This document shows, piece after piece, positions 1 through 9,882 of a DNA stretch of 64,000 nt. The notes under the pieces are model-generated. The model did not search any database. It was not told the origin of the DNA and saw only the letters and a list, made by a program, of their open reading frames with translations. The position numbers were made by a program, and so were the translations under genes. The stretch lies in the IMG/VR virus record IMGVR_UViG_3300021138_000004. One strand, 5' to 3'. Each line of letters begins with the position of its first letter. Position 1 is the stretch's first letter. Origin of the DNA: a virus (taxonomy: Duplodnaviria > Heunggongvirae > Uroviricota > Caudoviricetes).

Positions 1-632
1 CTGCTACTGTTACAAGTACAGTTAATTTCGGTGCTAGTGCTACTAACACTTTCACAGTAGGCAGTGTTGCTGGTATTTCAATTGGTATGTTAATTTCGGG
101 CGGTTCAACAGGCTTTAACGGACACGTACAAGCAATTTCTGGAAATACAATTTATAGTACTGTGGCTAACAACGGTACATTTACAAATACTAACAACCTA
201 ACATTCAGTTCAACTGGTACAGGCGCAGTGTTTACTTTTGGTCTAACAACTCCGTTAGATAAAGGAAATCTTGCTGTTCTAGCATTCTTGTCCACTGGTA
301 CTTCGGCTGTTCCGTCGGAAATTATCAAGCAAGAAGCAAGCCATCGTTATCTAGTTGAAAATGCACAGGGTCGCGGTGTTGTTAGATTAAGCACAGGCAC
401 TGGTACAACACACGTACTAGAATCTGGCGGTATGCATATGATTGCCACTGACTGGAGTGGTGCAACTTACTATGTTACTAAGTTAACTGGTCGCAGAGCT
501 ACTTTGATCAATCGTACAAATACTTCGACTTCGTTGGTACCACTGTCGTTTGATGGCAAATTGACTACTGGTTCAACTGGTTGGACAACTGGTGCAGCAA
601 CTGGTACTATTGTTACTATTGCTACTTACTAA
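1..632 (+). CDS. Virion structural protein, 5' end outside window
   Basis: Frame open from the window start to TAA at 630-632; Thr/Gly/Ser-rich like the neighbouring structural genes. Confidence 0.7.
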   Translation, partial: ATVTSTVNFGASATNTFTVGSVAGISIGMLISGGSTGFNGHVQAISGNTIYSTVANNGTFTNTNNLTFSSTGTGAVFTFGLTTPLDKGNLAVLAFLSTGTSAVPSEIIKQEASHRYLVENAQGRGVVRLSTGTGTTHVLESGGMHMIATDWSGATYYVTKLTGRRATLINRTNTSTSLVPLSFDGKLTTGSTGWTTGAATGTIVTIATY

Positions 633-640
633 GGAATATG

Positions 641-667
641 TGTTAAGGGGGCTAGTCCCCCTTAACA
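641..667 (+). terminator. 11-bp hairpin (terminator or stability element)
   Basis: TGTTAAGGGGG-CTAGT-CCCCCTTAACA just after the stop of the first ORF. Confidence 0.6.
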
Positions 668-677
668 TTATTATCAG

Positions 678-1211
678 ATGCCATTGACATTTTACCCAAC
701 TTCTGTTCAACAAATAAGTTCGGTTCCCGATCAAGAAATTGCATGGACATCTTCCCCTACTACACATAATAACTATTTGTTAAATTCCGTATGGAAACCG
801 GTACGAGATATCAAACATATTGCTAATCCTGCAACAGGTGACATGAGGATGCGAACATATGACTTATATTGCACGGGGCTTAATATTCCATTATTGAATG
901 AAGTAAATGGAATCCAGTTAAATTTATCAGCATATCGTTATGCAAGAATTGTAGATGAAACTATTCAATTAACTTATCAAGGTGTGCCTATTGGTATTAA
1001 TAATTTCAGTTATACTGTAGATCCGGATAATAATGTTTTAATTACAAATGATTCTACATATGGTGGCCCTACTGATACATGGGGAGCCCAATTAACTCCG
1101 GAAATTTTACAAGATCCGAGTTTTGGGGTGATTTTAAAGTTTCAAAGTCACCCATATTTTCCGCATAGCTGCGGCATGTTTTTATACTCTGTTGCAATTA
1201 CAGTTTACTAA
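678..1211 (+). CDS. Hypothetical virion protein (177 aa)
   Basis: ORF within the structural gene cluster. Confidence 0.65.
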   Translation: MPLTFYPTSVQQISSVPDQEIAWTSSPTTHNNYLLNSVWKPVRDIKHIANPATGDMRMRTYDLYCTGLNIPLLNEVNGIQLNLSAYRYARIVDETIQLTYQGVPIGINNFSYTVDPDNNVLITNDSTYGGPTDTWGAQLTPEILQDPSFGVILKFQSHPYFPHSCGMFLYSVAITVY

Positions 1212-1237
1212 TAATAAATAGTGTAAAGGATAGATAA

Positions 1238-2323
1238 ATGACCACAGATGTTTCTAGAGTTCAGGGCACATACAAAATACAGAACGCCAATGGGACTGAC
1301 ATCATGGTGGTCGATTCGACTGGCACTAGCTATGCTACTCCGTCGCAAACTAACTCAAAAGTTATCATCACTGGTAACTTAATTGTATTAGGTACTCAGA
1401 CAAATACATCGTCTACTAACGTAACAATGGTTGATCCGACGTTGGTACTTAATTACAACGATTCATTTTACCCTAACAATCCAAGTGGCGGTTACCTGAG
1501 CGGTATTCAAATCGTTCGTGATCCTACAAATAATGCAGATCTTTCTGCATATATGCAATGGGATCAAGCAAACACATGGCACGCTGGCACAGGCACATTT
1601 GTTTCTACGGGTACATTTGAATTTAGAGTTGGCCTTCCTACTAGTCCCGGTGGTCCGCAGTATGCTGCGATTAAAGCCAACAAAATTCTTATAGATGAAG
1701 CATCGGCTAATCTAGTTAATGGTAAACCTAGACTAAACATTTTAGGATCTGATAATCCTAACTCTGTTATCAGCGTAGCAGGTAACACAAATTATACTGC
1801 TAATGTCACCGATTCAAATGATATTCCAAATTGTGCTTGGGTTAATCAACAGATTATTAGTAGCTCAGCTAACGCTGTTGGCATTGTAGACGGTAATTCG
1901 TATTTTACGATCATTGACCAATCATTGACTTCGTTACCTAGTGCATTAATTGGTGTGTTAGATGGTACGCCATCTAGCACTACATTACCACTAAGTTCGG
2001 GAACTTTGGCATTATATGTTTCTAATTCTTCGGCACAAATCGGTTCATTGGAAATTACCCAAGGAAGATTGCAGCCCGTTGGCACTAATTACAATTTAAC
2101 ATTGGCATCTACTGGCACAGGGCAGATCGTTATAGCTTCGCCGATGGTGTTCCAAGCTTCTAACGTGCCGATTCCGAGCACTGGACAAGTAGGCATCTAT
2201 GGCGGAAATCCAGGCGGCGGCGGAACTGGTGTTTTTTATGTAAATAATCCTACAACAGGTTCACCATCCTCGGGCGAGTTTGTAAGCCGTAAAAAGGCTT
2301 TGATTTATAGTTTAATATTTTAA
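1238..2323 (+). CDS. Virion/tail structural protein (361 aa)
   Basis: TAAATA late-type element at 1215-1220 and AAGGA RBS; beta-rich composition. Confidence 0.7.
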   Translation: MTTDVSRVQGTYKIQNANGTDIMVVDSTGTSYATPSQTNSKVIITGNLIVLGTQTNTSSTNVTMVDPTLVLNYNDSFYPNNPSGGYLSGIQIVRDPTNNADLSAYMQWDQANTWHAGTGTFVSTGTFEFRVGLPTSPGGPQYAAIKANKILIDEASANLVNGKPRLNILGSDNPNSVISVAGNTNYTANVTDSNDIPNCAWVNQQIISSSANAVGIVDGNSYFTIIDQSLTSLPSALIGVLDGTPSSTTLPLSSGTLALYVSNSSAQIGSLEITQGRLQPVGTNYNLTLASTGTGQIVIASPMVFQASNVPIPSTGQVGIYGGNPGGGGTGVFYVNNPTTGSPSSGEFVSRKKALIYSLIF

Positions 2324-2332
2324 GGAACAAGT

Positions 2333-2650
2333 ATGGCGATCAAAAATATACAGGTAGCATCGACTACAACGACACAGTTATTTCTAGCTAGTACGCAAAC
2401 TGCGATTACTACAATGTTTTTCTGTAACGTAACTACCGGCACTAGCGCAACGGTAAATGTCTACGCTGTTCCTAATGGTAGCAATGCTAGCCCAGGTACA
2501 CTGATAATGAATTCATTAATCTTACCTGCAACTGAAACGTTTGTTTTAGACACAGAAAGATTAATTCTAGAACAAGCAGATGCATTATATGCACAGGCAT
2601 CGACAAGCGGTGCAGTTACGGTAACAATTAGTTCGTTGACGACAGCATAA
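2333..2650 (+). CDS. Small virion protein (105 aa), resembles 9495-9881
   Basis: AAGGA RBS; similar size and Thr-rich beta pattern to the 128-aa ORF. Confidence 0.65.
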   Translation: MAIKNIQVASTTTTQLFLASTQTAITTMFFCNVTTGTSATVNVYAVPNGSNASPGTLIMNSLILPATETFVLDTERLILEQADALYAQASTSGAVTVTISSLTTA

Positions 2651-3399
2651 TGAGATATTATAAGAGACTTCCATTAAACCGAAAAGATCCGATGAGCAGC
2701 ACATTTGCTGTCGAAACGGATGGTCGCATTGTGACTAATACTTCTAACAGTTTAGAAATTCCATCTGGTACGGCAGCTCAACGGCCTGCTAATCCAGTAA
2801 ATGGACAGATTCGTTATAATACAAGCATCGGATCTATCGGCGGAGAGTTAGAGGCATACGTTGATGGAAGTTGGCAAATTATCAAAACTAATCGTCAGCA
2901 AAATATTACTCTACAAGAGTTTGATAACGGCGATTATGCTGATACACTATTTGGCCCATTGACCTACAATATCAGCACTTCGACACCGCAGAATGTTCTT
3001 GTTTTTGTTGAAAACGTTCCACAGATTGCCGGTGCTAACTATGTATTACGATACAGTGCTCCAGGCAATCAACTTACTACCTCATCTAATATTACTCAAT
3101 TTACTCCCGCAAACACTACTACACTTCATGTATCTTCTGTTGCTGACTTTAATGCTGGACAACCTATTTCCGGTTCGGGAATTGTAAGCACAGCTACTAT
3201 CGTAGCAACTAGCGTAACAAGTTTAACTGTGCAAATTAGTGTTCCGACTTCGACAACTATATCCACTGGTACATTAATTACTAGTACTATCGGCACAGGC
3301 ACTTGGATTCAGTTTGTTAATAGTTCACTTCCTGTTCCATATAAGCCTGTATACGTGCTGTTAGGGTTTGACGGATATACTCCGCCATTTGAAGTCTAA
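2650..3399 (+). CDS. Virion/tail structural protein (249 aa)
   Basis: TAATG coupling; LEIPSGTAAQRP...GQIRYN motif common in phage fibre/baseplate proteins. Confidence 0.7.
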   Translation: MRYYKRLPLNRKDPMSSTFAVETDGRIVTNTSNSLEIPSGTAAQRPANPVNGQIRYNTSIGSIGGELEAYVDGSWQIIKTNRQQNITLQEFDNGDYADTLFGPLTYNISTSTPQNVLVFVENVPQIAGANYVLRYSAPGNQLTTSSNITQFTPANTTTLHVSSVADFNAGQPISGSGIVSTATIVATSVTSLTVQISVPTSTTISTGTLITSTIGTGTWIQFVNSSLPVPYKPVYVLLGFDGYTPPFEV

Positions 3400-3422
3400 A
3401 AACTCCTTTTTATCCAATCGAA

Positions 3423-3518
3423 TAAATAACATTAATGCTGGTTTTCAGCAGACGATACTGTGGTAAACCCGCAATGTAAGGTGGTTATCCGTGAGATACG
3501 GGTTGATGGGGAGTTAGC
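3423..3518 (+). promoter_or_regulatory. Late promoter (TAAATA) plus ~90-nt structured 5' leader
   Basis: TAAATA at 3423-3428, then hairpins GCTG/CAGC, TGTGG/CCGCA and CCGT/ACGG, and GGGGAG RBS. Confidence 0.5.
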
Positions 3519-6500
3519 ATGGCCGTAGGTCGTATTTCAGGTCCGCTCTTAGCGCAAAATCTTTTACGCAATGGCGTAGATCTAGCGTTCGAAACGCAAT
3601 TACTATATCTTAATGTTACCAATGGTCAAATTGGTATCCAAACTGCAACTCCACAATATACTCTAGATGTTAACGGATCTGCAAGAATCGGTAATGTTAT
3701 TGTTTCTAGTTCTAACACTGGAACATTAATCACTAATGGTACTGGTAACATTGTTATCCAGTCAGCTACTGAATCTCAAGTACAAATTAATAATGACACA
3801 TTAATCAAGGGTAATTTACACGCCACTGGTAACATTACTGCTGACGGTAGTGTACAAATCGGTAATATGACCGGCTCAGACACTTTAAGTTTGTATGCTG
3901 ATATTATTTCCGATATTACTCCGCAAACTCCTAATCAATATAATATCGGTAATCCTCAACAAACTTGGGAAGCTGGTTATTTTAACAATGTAATTGCTAA
4001 TACATTTGCAGGAGTACCGAATACTGCATTTAATATCGGAATGCCTCCGGGACAAGACATAAATGTTGGTCCGATTACCAATCCTATGGTTAATATTAAT
4101 GGTAGTGTACGGGTATGGGGCGACACTCCGTTAGGTACTGCTCCGGTTGTCAGTAATGTACTTTATGTTAGCATGGATGGTAGTGATACCAATGACGGTA
4201 GAGCTGCTGACGCAAGTCGTGCGTGCCGTACTATCAGTGGAGCAGTTAATAGTCCGTATTATCAATCAGGTACAAGTATTAAGGTTGCTCCGGGCCGTTA
4301 TTACGAAAATAATCCAATTTTATTAAAGCCATATACATCGGTTATTGGAAGTGATCTAAGAACGACTAGCATTGAACCGATCAATAAGACTCAAGATCTA
4401 TTTCACTTACAATCTGGTTGCTATCTAGCACAAATGCAATTTGTTAATGGACAAAGTGGTCTATTACCTGGTCCGGGTTATGCTCCGGGAACTAATCGAG
4501 GTGCATACTGCACAGCATTTCCGCCTAATTATGGCGGAACTCCTATCGATGTTTACCATTCTCCATACATACAGAATTGCACTAACCAAAGCGGACCGTG
4601 GTTGATAGATGGTACTATGTTTATACCAAACCAAACTGTGCAGATTCCTCAGGCAGTAGGTACTGCAACATGGACTATTAATACTACCACGATGCTGGTT
4701 ACTGTTTCCACAGGCACACTTTCTGTAGGTCAAAGTATCAATGTAGGACGTACTCCACCAGATTATCTCAATGCTAGAACCTTACTTTTGGCTAATATAC
4801 CTTTTATCCAAGAACAGGTTAACGCTTATATAACTCAAACTTTCTCAACTTACACTAACATTACTGCAAAATCATCTAGAGATGTTGGACTTATTGTTCA
4901 AAATATTGCATATGACGTTGCTTTCGGTGGTAATCAAAAGACTGTAGAAGCAGGGTCTGCATATTGGAACGGTGTTACTAGTGTAATTCCTGGTAGCATT
5001 ACTCAATGTGCTGCTGCAATCAATTATATTAATACACTAAGCCAGGCTATTATCACTAATGCTACTGCAACTAATTTACTAGGTAGTTTCCAAACTCAAC
5101 CGCAGGTTAAAAACACTAATTTAACTGGCGGCGGAACTGCTGGGTCTCTTATTACAAAATTAATTAATACTATTACCAACATTGTGGTAAATGGATTGTC
5201 TGTAGCACCGCAGGTACAAGTCGGTAATGGCCCGGATTGGGGCGCGGTATCTGCAGAAATCCTTCTACAAAATAATAGATCATTTATCCAAGACGAAGTT
5301 GTTAACTGGGTTAATGCTACATATCCAGGATTTACCTACAATCAAGAACTTTGCTGGAGAGATACTGGATTAATTATTGATGCAATTACTCAAGATATTG
5401 TACTAAATTCGAACGCTAAAACTATTGAAGCCGCTAATACCTATTGGACCGGTGCTGTTAATATTCTTGAGAATGCTAAATTCGGACAAACAAATCAAGT
5501 TCCTGAAACTATTGCAGCTATTAACCGTGCAGAAACTGTTGCATTGCAGGTTATTGCTAACTCGACTGTGACTACAACAGGATTTACTTTTGATTCTGTA
5601 AAATGTGGCAGAGATACTGGGTTAATTGTTGACGCTCTAGCACAAGATCTATTATTCCAAAGCAATAGTCAAGCAACATTTGCAGGAATTCAATATTGGA
5701 ATCATGGCAATTATGTTGGAAACATTGCTGCTGAAATTACAACAACTACTGAGGCACTTATGTATCTTAGCTCGTTGGCACAGCAGATTGTTACAAACAG
5801 CACAGGCACTCGATACCAAAATACTATTTCTCAAGTCACTAATTTGTCATCTGCTACTTCGGCAGAAGCAGCAATTGTTGCTGCCGAATTTTCAACTATT
5901 ACAAACATTTTGATCAATGGTGTTTCCGGTGTAACTAATAAAATTGTTCCAAATCGCTTAACTGCTAGCACTAGCACACACGTTCAGAATGCTTATAATC
6001 TTTTGTTGGCTAATGAATCGTATATGCAGGCAGAAATTATTGCTTGGATTGAAGCTAATAAAGTATTTCAATACAATCAAACCACTTGCAATAGAGATGT
6101 TGGATTAATTGTTGATAGTCTTTCATTAGATCTAGCATTTCCTACCAGTAATTATAGCCAATCTACTTTTGCAGGTCTGCAATACTGGAGTCAGAACGGA
6201 TATGTCGGTGCTATTGGAAGCGAAATAACTACAACCAGCAATGCAATTAGTTATTTGAGTTCGTTGGCACAAAAAATAGTTGTTAACAATACCGGCGGAG
6301 CACGATATTCTACAGGTACACAGATTACTAATCTCGCAGCATCCGGTACTCCTACAGAGGCTGGTACTATTGCAGCAGATTTTTCTGTAATCCTTAACAT
6401 TTTAAGCACAGGTACATCGGGTGTTACAAATAATATCATCCCTAATGGTATTACCGCTTCGTCAAATGTCAGTGTTCAAAATGCATTCGCACTGTTGCAG

Positions 6501-9482
6501 TCAAATATAACTTATATGGCACAAGAAGTCAATGCATATATTGCAGCAACTTATCCTAGTTTTGCATATAATGCAGATACTTGCTATAGAGACGTTGGCT
6601 ATATTATAAATTCTGTAAGTTTTGATTTGCTTTATGGCGGAAATCGACAAGCAATTCAAAGCGGTGTGTATTATTACAGTTATAATGCTGCATCAACTGT
6701 GGTACCAAATGAAGTTCCTCAAGTTACTGCGGCCTATGAATTTATCAAAGCATTGTCGCAACAAATTATTCTAAACGAAACTGTAACTCCTTTACAGTCT
6801 AGCGTTGCACAAATAACTAATTTGGCAGTTTCGGATGCTGATACATATTCTATTTTGTCAAGTGAAGTTGATAGAATTGTTAATATTATCAATAACGGAC
6901 CAAATATTGTTGCAGTTAAAGAACCTATTAGTGTAACACAGACAACAAATACTAATATGTTGAATGCTGCTGCTAATTTGTTGGCTAATAAAGCATTTAT
7001 TCAAGCCGAAACAATTGCTTATATAAATCAATTCTTAACTTATCAATATAATGCTGCTACTTGTGCAAGAGATGTCGGATATATTGTAAATTCTGTAAGT
7101 TTCGATTTGCTTTATGGAGGAAATCGACAAGCAATTCAAAGCGGAGTATATTATTGGAGTTATAGCAGTACTAGTACAACTCTTGTAAATGAACTAGTTG
7201 CGGCAACTTCTGCTTATCAATATCTGAATACTTTAGTTTCGGACATCATTGTTGGTACAACAATTCCTATCACTTATCAAAATACTGTATCGCAGGTTAC
7301 TAACCTTCCTGCAGGAACTGCGATCGAAGCTGCATTTGTTTCTGCAGATATTTCTCTTATTACTGATATTATCAATAACGGTCCTGCGGCTGCACCACCA
7401 AAAACTCCGATTAATTTAACTCCTAGCAGTAATACATTCGTACAAAATGCTGCTACATTATTAGAAGCTAATAGATCATTTATTCAATCCGAAGTTAATG
7501 CATTTGTTAACGCTACGCAGGTAGCAGATACGCAGGTATTCCTTCCATTTTATGATAAAGGTGCAAGTGCTACACTATCAGTATCAAGAAACTTTGGAAT
7601 TCTTACCAATATAATACAAAATGGACCATCTGTTGCTCCTACAGTGTTCCAAGGTAATGGAATTTTTGTAAAAACTGGATTAAGTTCAGATGATACTAAG
7701 ATTGCTCCAGTAATTACTAGCATTACAACGGTAAGCAGCAATGTTTATCAGGTGAATATCAGTGAAAGTACAGTAGGTAATGGTGACAACAGTACGTTAT
7801 ACTTTGGTCAAACTTCAGTTTATCCGACTTTAGCTGCTAATATCCCTGCTACTTGGGCGGAACGAGCAATCAATCCTATTGGAGCAATGGGCGGAAGCCT
7901 AGTTGATGGTAGTGTGGTATCTAACAGATCGCCGATTGCATCGTTTGTTTATGATGCATTTACACAGGTTAATCAAGGCGGAATCGGAATTCACATTACA
8001 AATAGTGGTTATGCGCAGCTAGTGTCTGTGTTTACTATTTTCTGTAATAAAGCTGTTATCGTAGACAACGGCGGAATTTGCTCTATTACTAATTCAAATT
8101 CAAACTTTGGTGATTATTGTTTAACAGCCAAGGGATATGGATCACGAGAATTTACAGGATATGTTTCAAATCCTCCGGTTCTTCCGTATTTCCCTACAGG
8201 ATATTATCCGCAAAACGGTACAGTAGAAGTCTTTATTGCAGATCCTGCACTAAGACCTCATATCGGACAGGTAATGGAAGTAATTCCTCCTACTGGTTAT
8301 GTGAATAATCAAGGTTTGCCTGGATATTTAGGTGGAAGTACTAACGCTGCTGCATTAACTACCGGTACAATTACAATTACTGGCATTGATACTAATAATA
8401 TGTCTATAGGACAGGCGTTTTATGTAATTGATCAAACTGGTAAAAATTATGATTCCTCTGGAAAACCCTACGTAACTACTGGAACAATAATCAGTGATAT
8501 TAACTATCAGAGCATAACATTGAATTTACCATTAAATTCCGGTGGCGGTAATGCGAATAATAGCAACTATTTTAACATCTACACCAGCGGTAATGCGTAT
8601 TATACTGTGCTGTCGAGCACTGTTGCAGCATCGACTCTTACTTCTGGCACATTATTATTGCCAAGTACATCTCGTAGTGTGTGCAGTAGCAGTACAGTGT
8701 TCATCAACTCGTTAACTCAAAAAATTATTGCAAATCAAGCAGTAACTCCTTTGCAAACAGGAACTGTTCAAGTTATCGATCCTACTCTGCAAGGAGGAGC
8801 AGGTGCTGGATCATTTATTGCCAACGATTTAAATATTATTCAAAGTATCCTGTTAAATGGACTAAATTCTGCTCCTGCTATTACAAAATCCGGTACATTA
8901 CCTAGTGGAGCAGCAAGTGCAGCAGGTCTCTTGGTCGAAAATAGAGCATTTATACAAGCAGAAACTGCAAAATATGTAAGTAATATCTCAACAGCAAGCT
9001 ATAACACAACATCTTCATTTAGAGATATTGGATTAATCGTAGACGCAGTTGTAAATGACCTCGCAAATGGTGGAAATTACAATGCAGTAATTGCAGGAAA
9101 GAGTTTTTACGCTCAAACTGGAACATTCCATCTAGTCGAACTTGAGGAAACTGTTACTGATCCAGGTTTATTCTCAGACAGAGCTGTGATTAATTTCTAT
9201 CAAAGATCATATATGTCAGCAAGTGGTTACACATTTGAATATGTTGGAGCTGGATCAAATTATGGAGCACTGCCTCAAGCAGGAGTTGCAGACCCGATTC
9301 AATCTCAAGAAGTAATACAATTAAATAATGGTAAAGTATTCTTTACCTCAACTGATCAAAATGGTGATTTCCGTATTGGTCCAGATCTGGTAATCAGCCA
9401 GGCAACTGGTGTATTATCGGGAAGAACCTTTACCAAGTCATTGTTTGCAAACATGACTCCGTTTATATTAGCGATTGAATAA
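3519..9482 (+). CDS. Giant virion/tail fibre-like protein (1987 aa) with internal repeats
   Basis: VLYVSMDGSDTNDG beta-helix-entry-like motif; seven copies of an RD(V/T/I)G(L/Y)I module. Confidence 0.8.
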   Translation: MAVGRISGPLLAQNLLRNGVDLAFETQLLYLNVTNGQIGIQTATPQYTLDVNGSARIGNVIVSSSNTGTLITNGTGNIVIQSATESQVQINNDTLIKGNLHATGNITADGSVQIGNMTGSDTLSLYADIISDITPQTPNQYNIGNPQQTWEAGYFNNVIANTFAGVPNTAFNIGMPPGQDINVGPITNPMVNINGSVRVWGDTPLGTAPVVSNVLYVSMDGSDTNDGRAADASRACRTISGAVNSPYYQSGTSIKVAPGRYYENNPILLKPYTSVIGSDLRTTSIEPINKTQDLFHLQSGCYLAQMQFVNGQSGLLPGPGYAPGTNRGAYCTAFPPNYGGTPIDVYHSPYIQNCTNQSGPWLIDGTMFIPNQTVQIPQAVGTATWTINTTTMLVTVSTGTLSVGQSINVGRTPPDYLNARTLLLANIPFIQEQVNAYITQTFSTYTNITAKSSRDVGLIVQNIAYDVAFGGNQKTVEAGSAYWNGVTSVIPGSITQCAAAINYINTLSQAIITNATATNLLGSFQTQPQVKNTNLTGGGTAGSLITKLINTITNIVVNGLSVAPQVQVGNGPDWGAVSAEILLQNNRSFIQDEVVNWVNATYPGFTYNQELCWRDTGLIIDAITQDIVLNSNAKTIEAANTYWTGAVNILENAKFGQTNQVPETIAAINRAETVALQVIANSTVTTTGFTFDSVKCGRDTGLIVDALAQDLLFQSNSQATFAGIQYWNHGNYVGNIAAEITTTTEALMYLSSLAQQIVTNSTGTRYQNTISQVTNLSSATSAEAAIVAAEFSTITNILINGVSGVTNKIVPNRLTASTSTHVQNAYNLLLANESYMQAEIIAWIEANKVFQYNQTTCNRDVGLIVDSLSLDLAFPTSNYSQSTFAGLQYWSQNGYVGAIGSEITTTSNAISYLSSLAQKIVVNNTGGARYSTGTQITNLAASGTPTEAGTIAADFSVILNILSTGTSGVTNNIIPNGITASSNVSVQNAFALLQSNITYMAQEVNAYIAATYPSFAYNADTCYRDVGYIINSVSFDLLYGGNRQAIQSGVYYYSYNAASTVVPNEVPQVTAAYEFIKALSQQIILNETVTPLQSSVAQITNLAVSDADTYSILSSEVDRIVNIINNGPNIVAVKEPISVTQTTNTNMLNAAANLLANKAFIQAETIAYINQFLTYQYNAATCARDVGYIVNSVSFDLLYGGNRQAIQSGVYYWSYSSTSTTLVNELVAATSAYQYLNTLVSDIIVGTTIPITYQNTVSQVTNLPAGTAIEAAFVSADISLITDIINNGPAAAPPKTPINLTPSSNTFVQNAATLLEANRSFIQSEVNAFVNATQVADTQVFLPFYDKGASATLSVSRNFGILTNIIQNGPSVAPTVFQGNGIFVKTGLSSDDTKIAPVITSITTVSSNVYQVNISESTVGNGDNSTLYFGQTSVYPTLAANIPATWAERAINPIGAMGGSLVDGSVVSNRSPIASFVYDAFTQVNQGGIGIHITNSGYAQLVSVFTIFCNKAVIVDNGGICSITNSNSNFGDYCLTAKGYGSREFTGYVSNPPVLPYFPTGYYPQNGTVEVFIADPALRPHIGQVMEVIPPTGYVNNQGLPGYLGGSTNAAALTTGTITITGIDTNNMSIGQAFYVIDQTGKNYDSSGKPYVTTGTIISDINYQSITLNLPLNSGGGNANNSNYFNIYTSGNAYYTVLSSTVAASTLTSGTLLLPSTSRSVCSSSTVFINSLTQKIIANQAVTPLQTGTVQVIDPTLQGGAGAGSFIANDLNIIQSILLNGLNSAPAITKSGTLPSGAASAAGLLVENRAFIQAETAKYVSNISTASYNTTSSFRDIGLIVDAVVNDLANGGNYNAVIAGKSFYAQTGTFHLVELEETVTDPGLFSDRAVINFYQRSYMSASGYTFEYVGAGSNYGALPQAGVADPIQSQEVIQLNNGKVFFTSTDQNGDFRIGPDLVISQATGVLSGRTFTKSLFANMTPFILAIE

Positions 9483-9494
9483 GGATAAAAACAG

Positions 9495-9881
9495 ATGGCA
9501 CAACTACCGTTAAACACTTTTAAAACTAAGACTGCGGTTCTTGGTACTTCTACAACTGCTACAGTGTACACTGCACCAGTCGGAGTTACTTCCATCATCC
9601 TTATGGCAAATGCTGCTAATATTGATAATACAAGCACTCATTTAATAACTTTTGCACATTATAGAAATAACACTGTTTTGCCTGATAACCAAGGAAATGG
9701 AGGTCAGGCTGGACAGACTTTAACGGAACAAGTTGTAGGATTTCCGATACCAAATAACAATGCGGCCAGTGTGTTATCTGGAAAGATGATTATTGAAAGT
9801 TTAGATAGCATTATTGCTTACGCAGAAGTACCAGGTGTTATTAAACTGACTTTAAGTGTATTAGAGACAGCAAACAGCTAA
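9495..9881 (+). CDS. Small virion protein (128 aa)
   Basis: AAGGA RBS; located between two fibre genes. Confidence 0.7.
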   Translation: MAQLPLNTFKTKTAVLGTSTTATVYTAPVGVTSIILMANAANIDNTSTHLITFAHYRNNTVLPDNQGNGGQAGQTLTEQVVGFPIPNNNAASVLSGKMIIESLDSIIAYAEVPGVIKLTLSVLETANS

Positions 9882-9882
9882 G

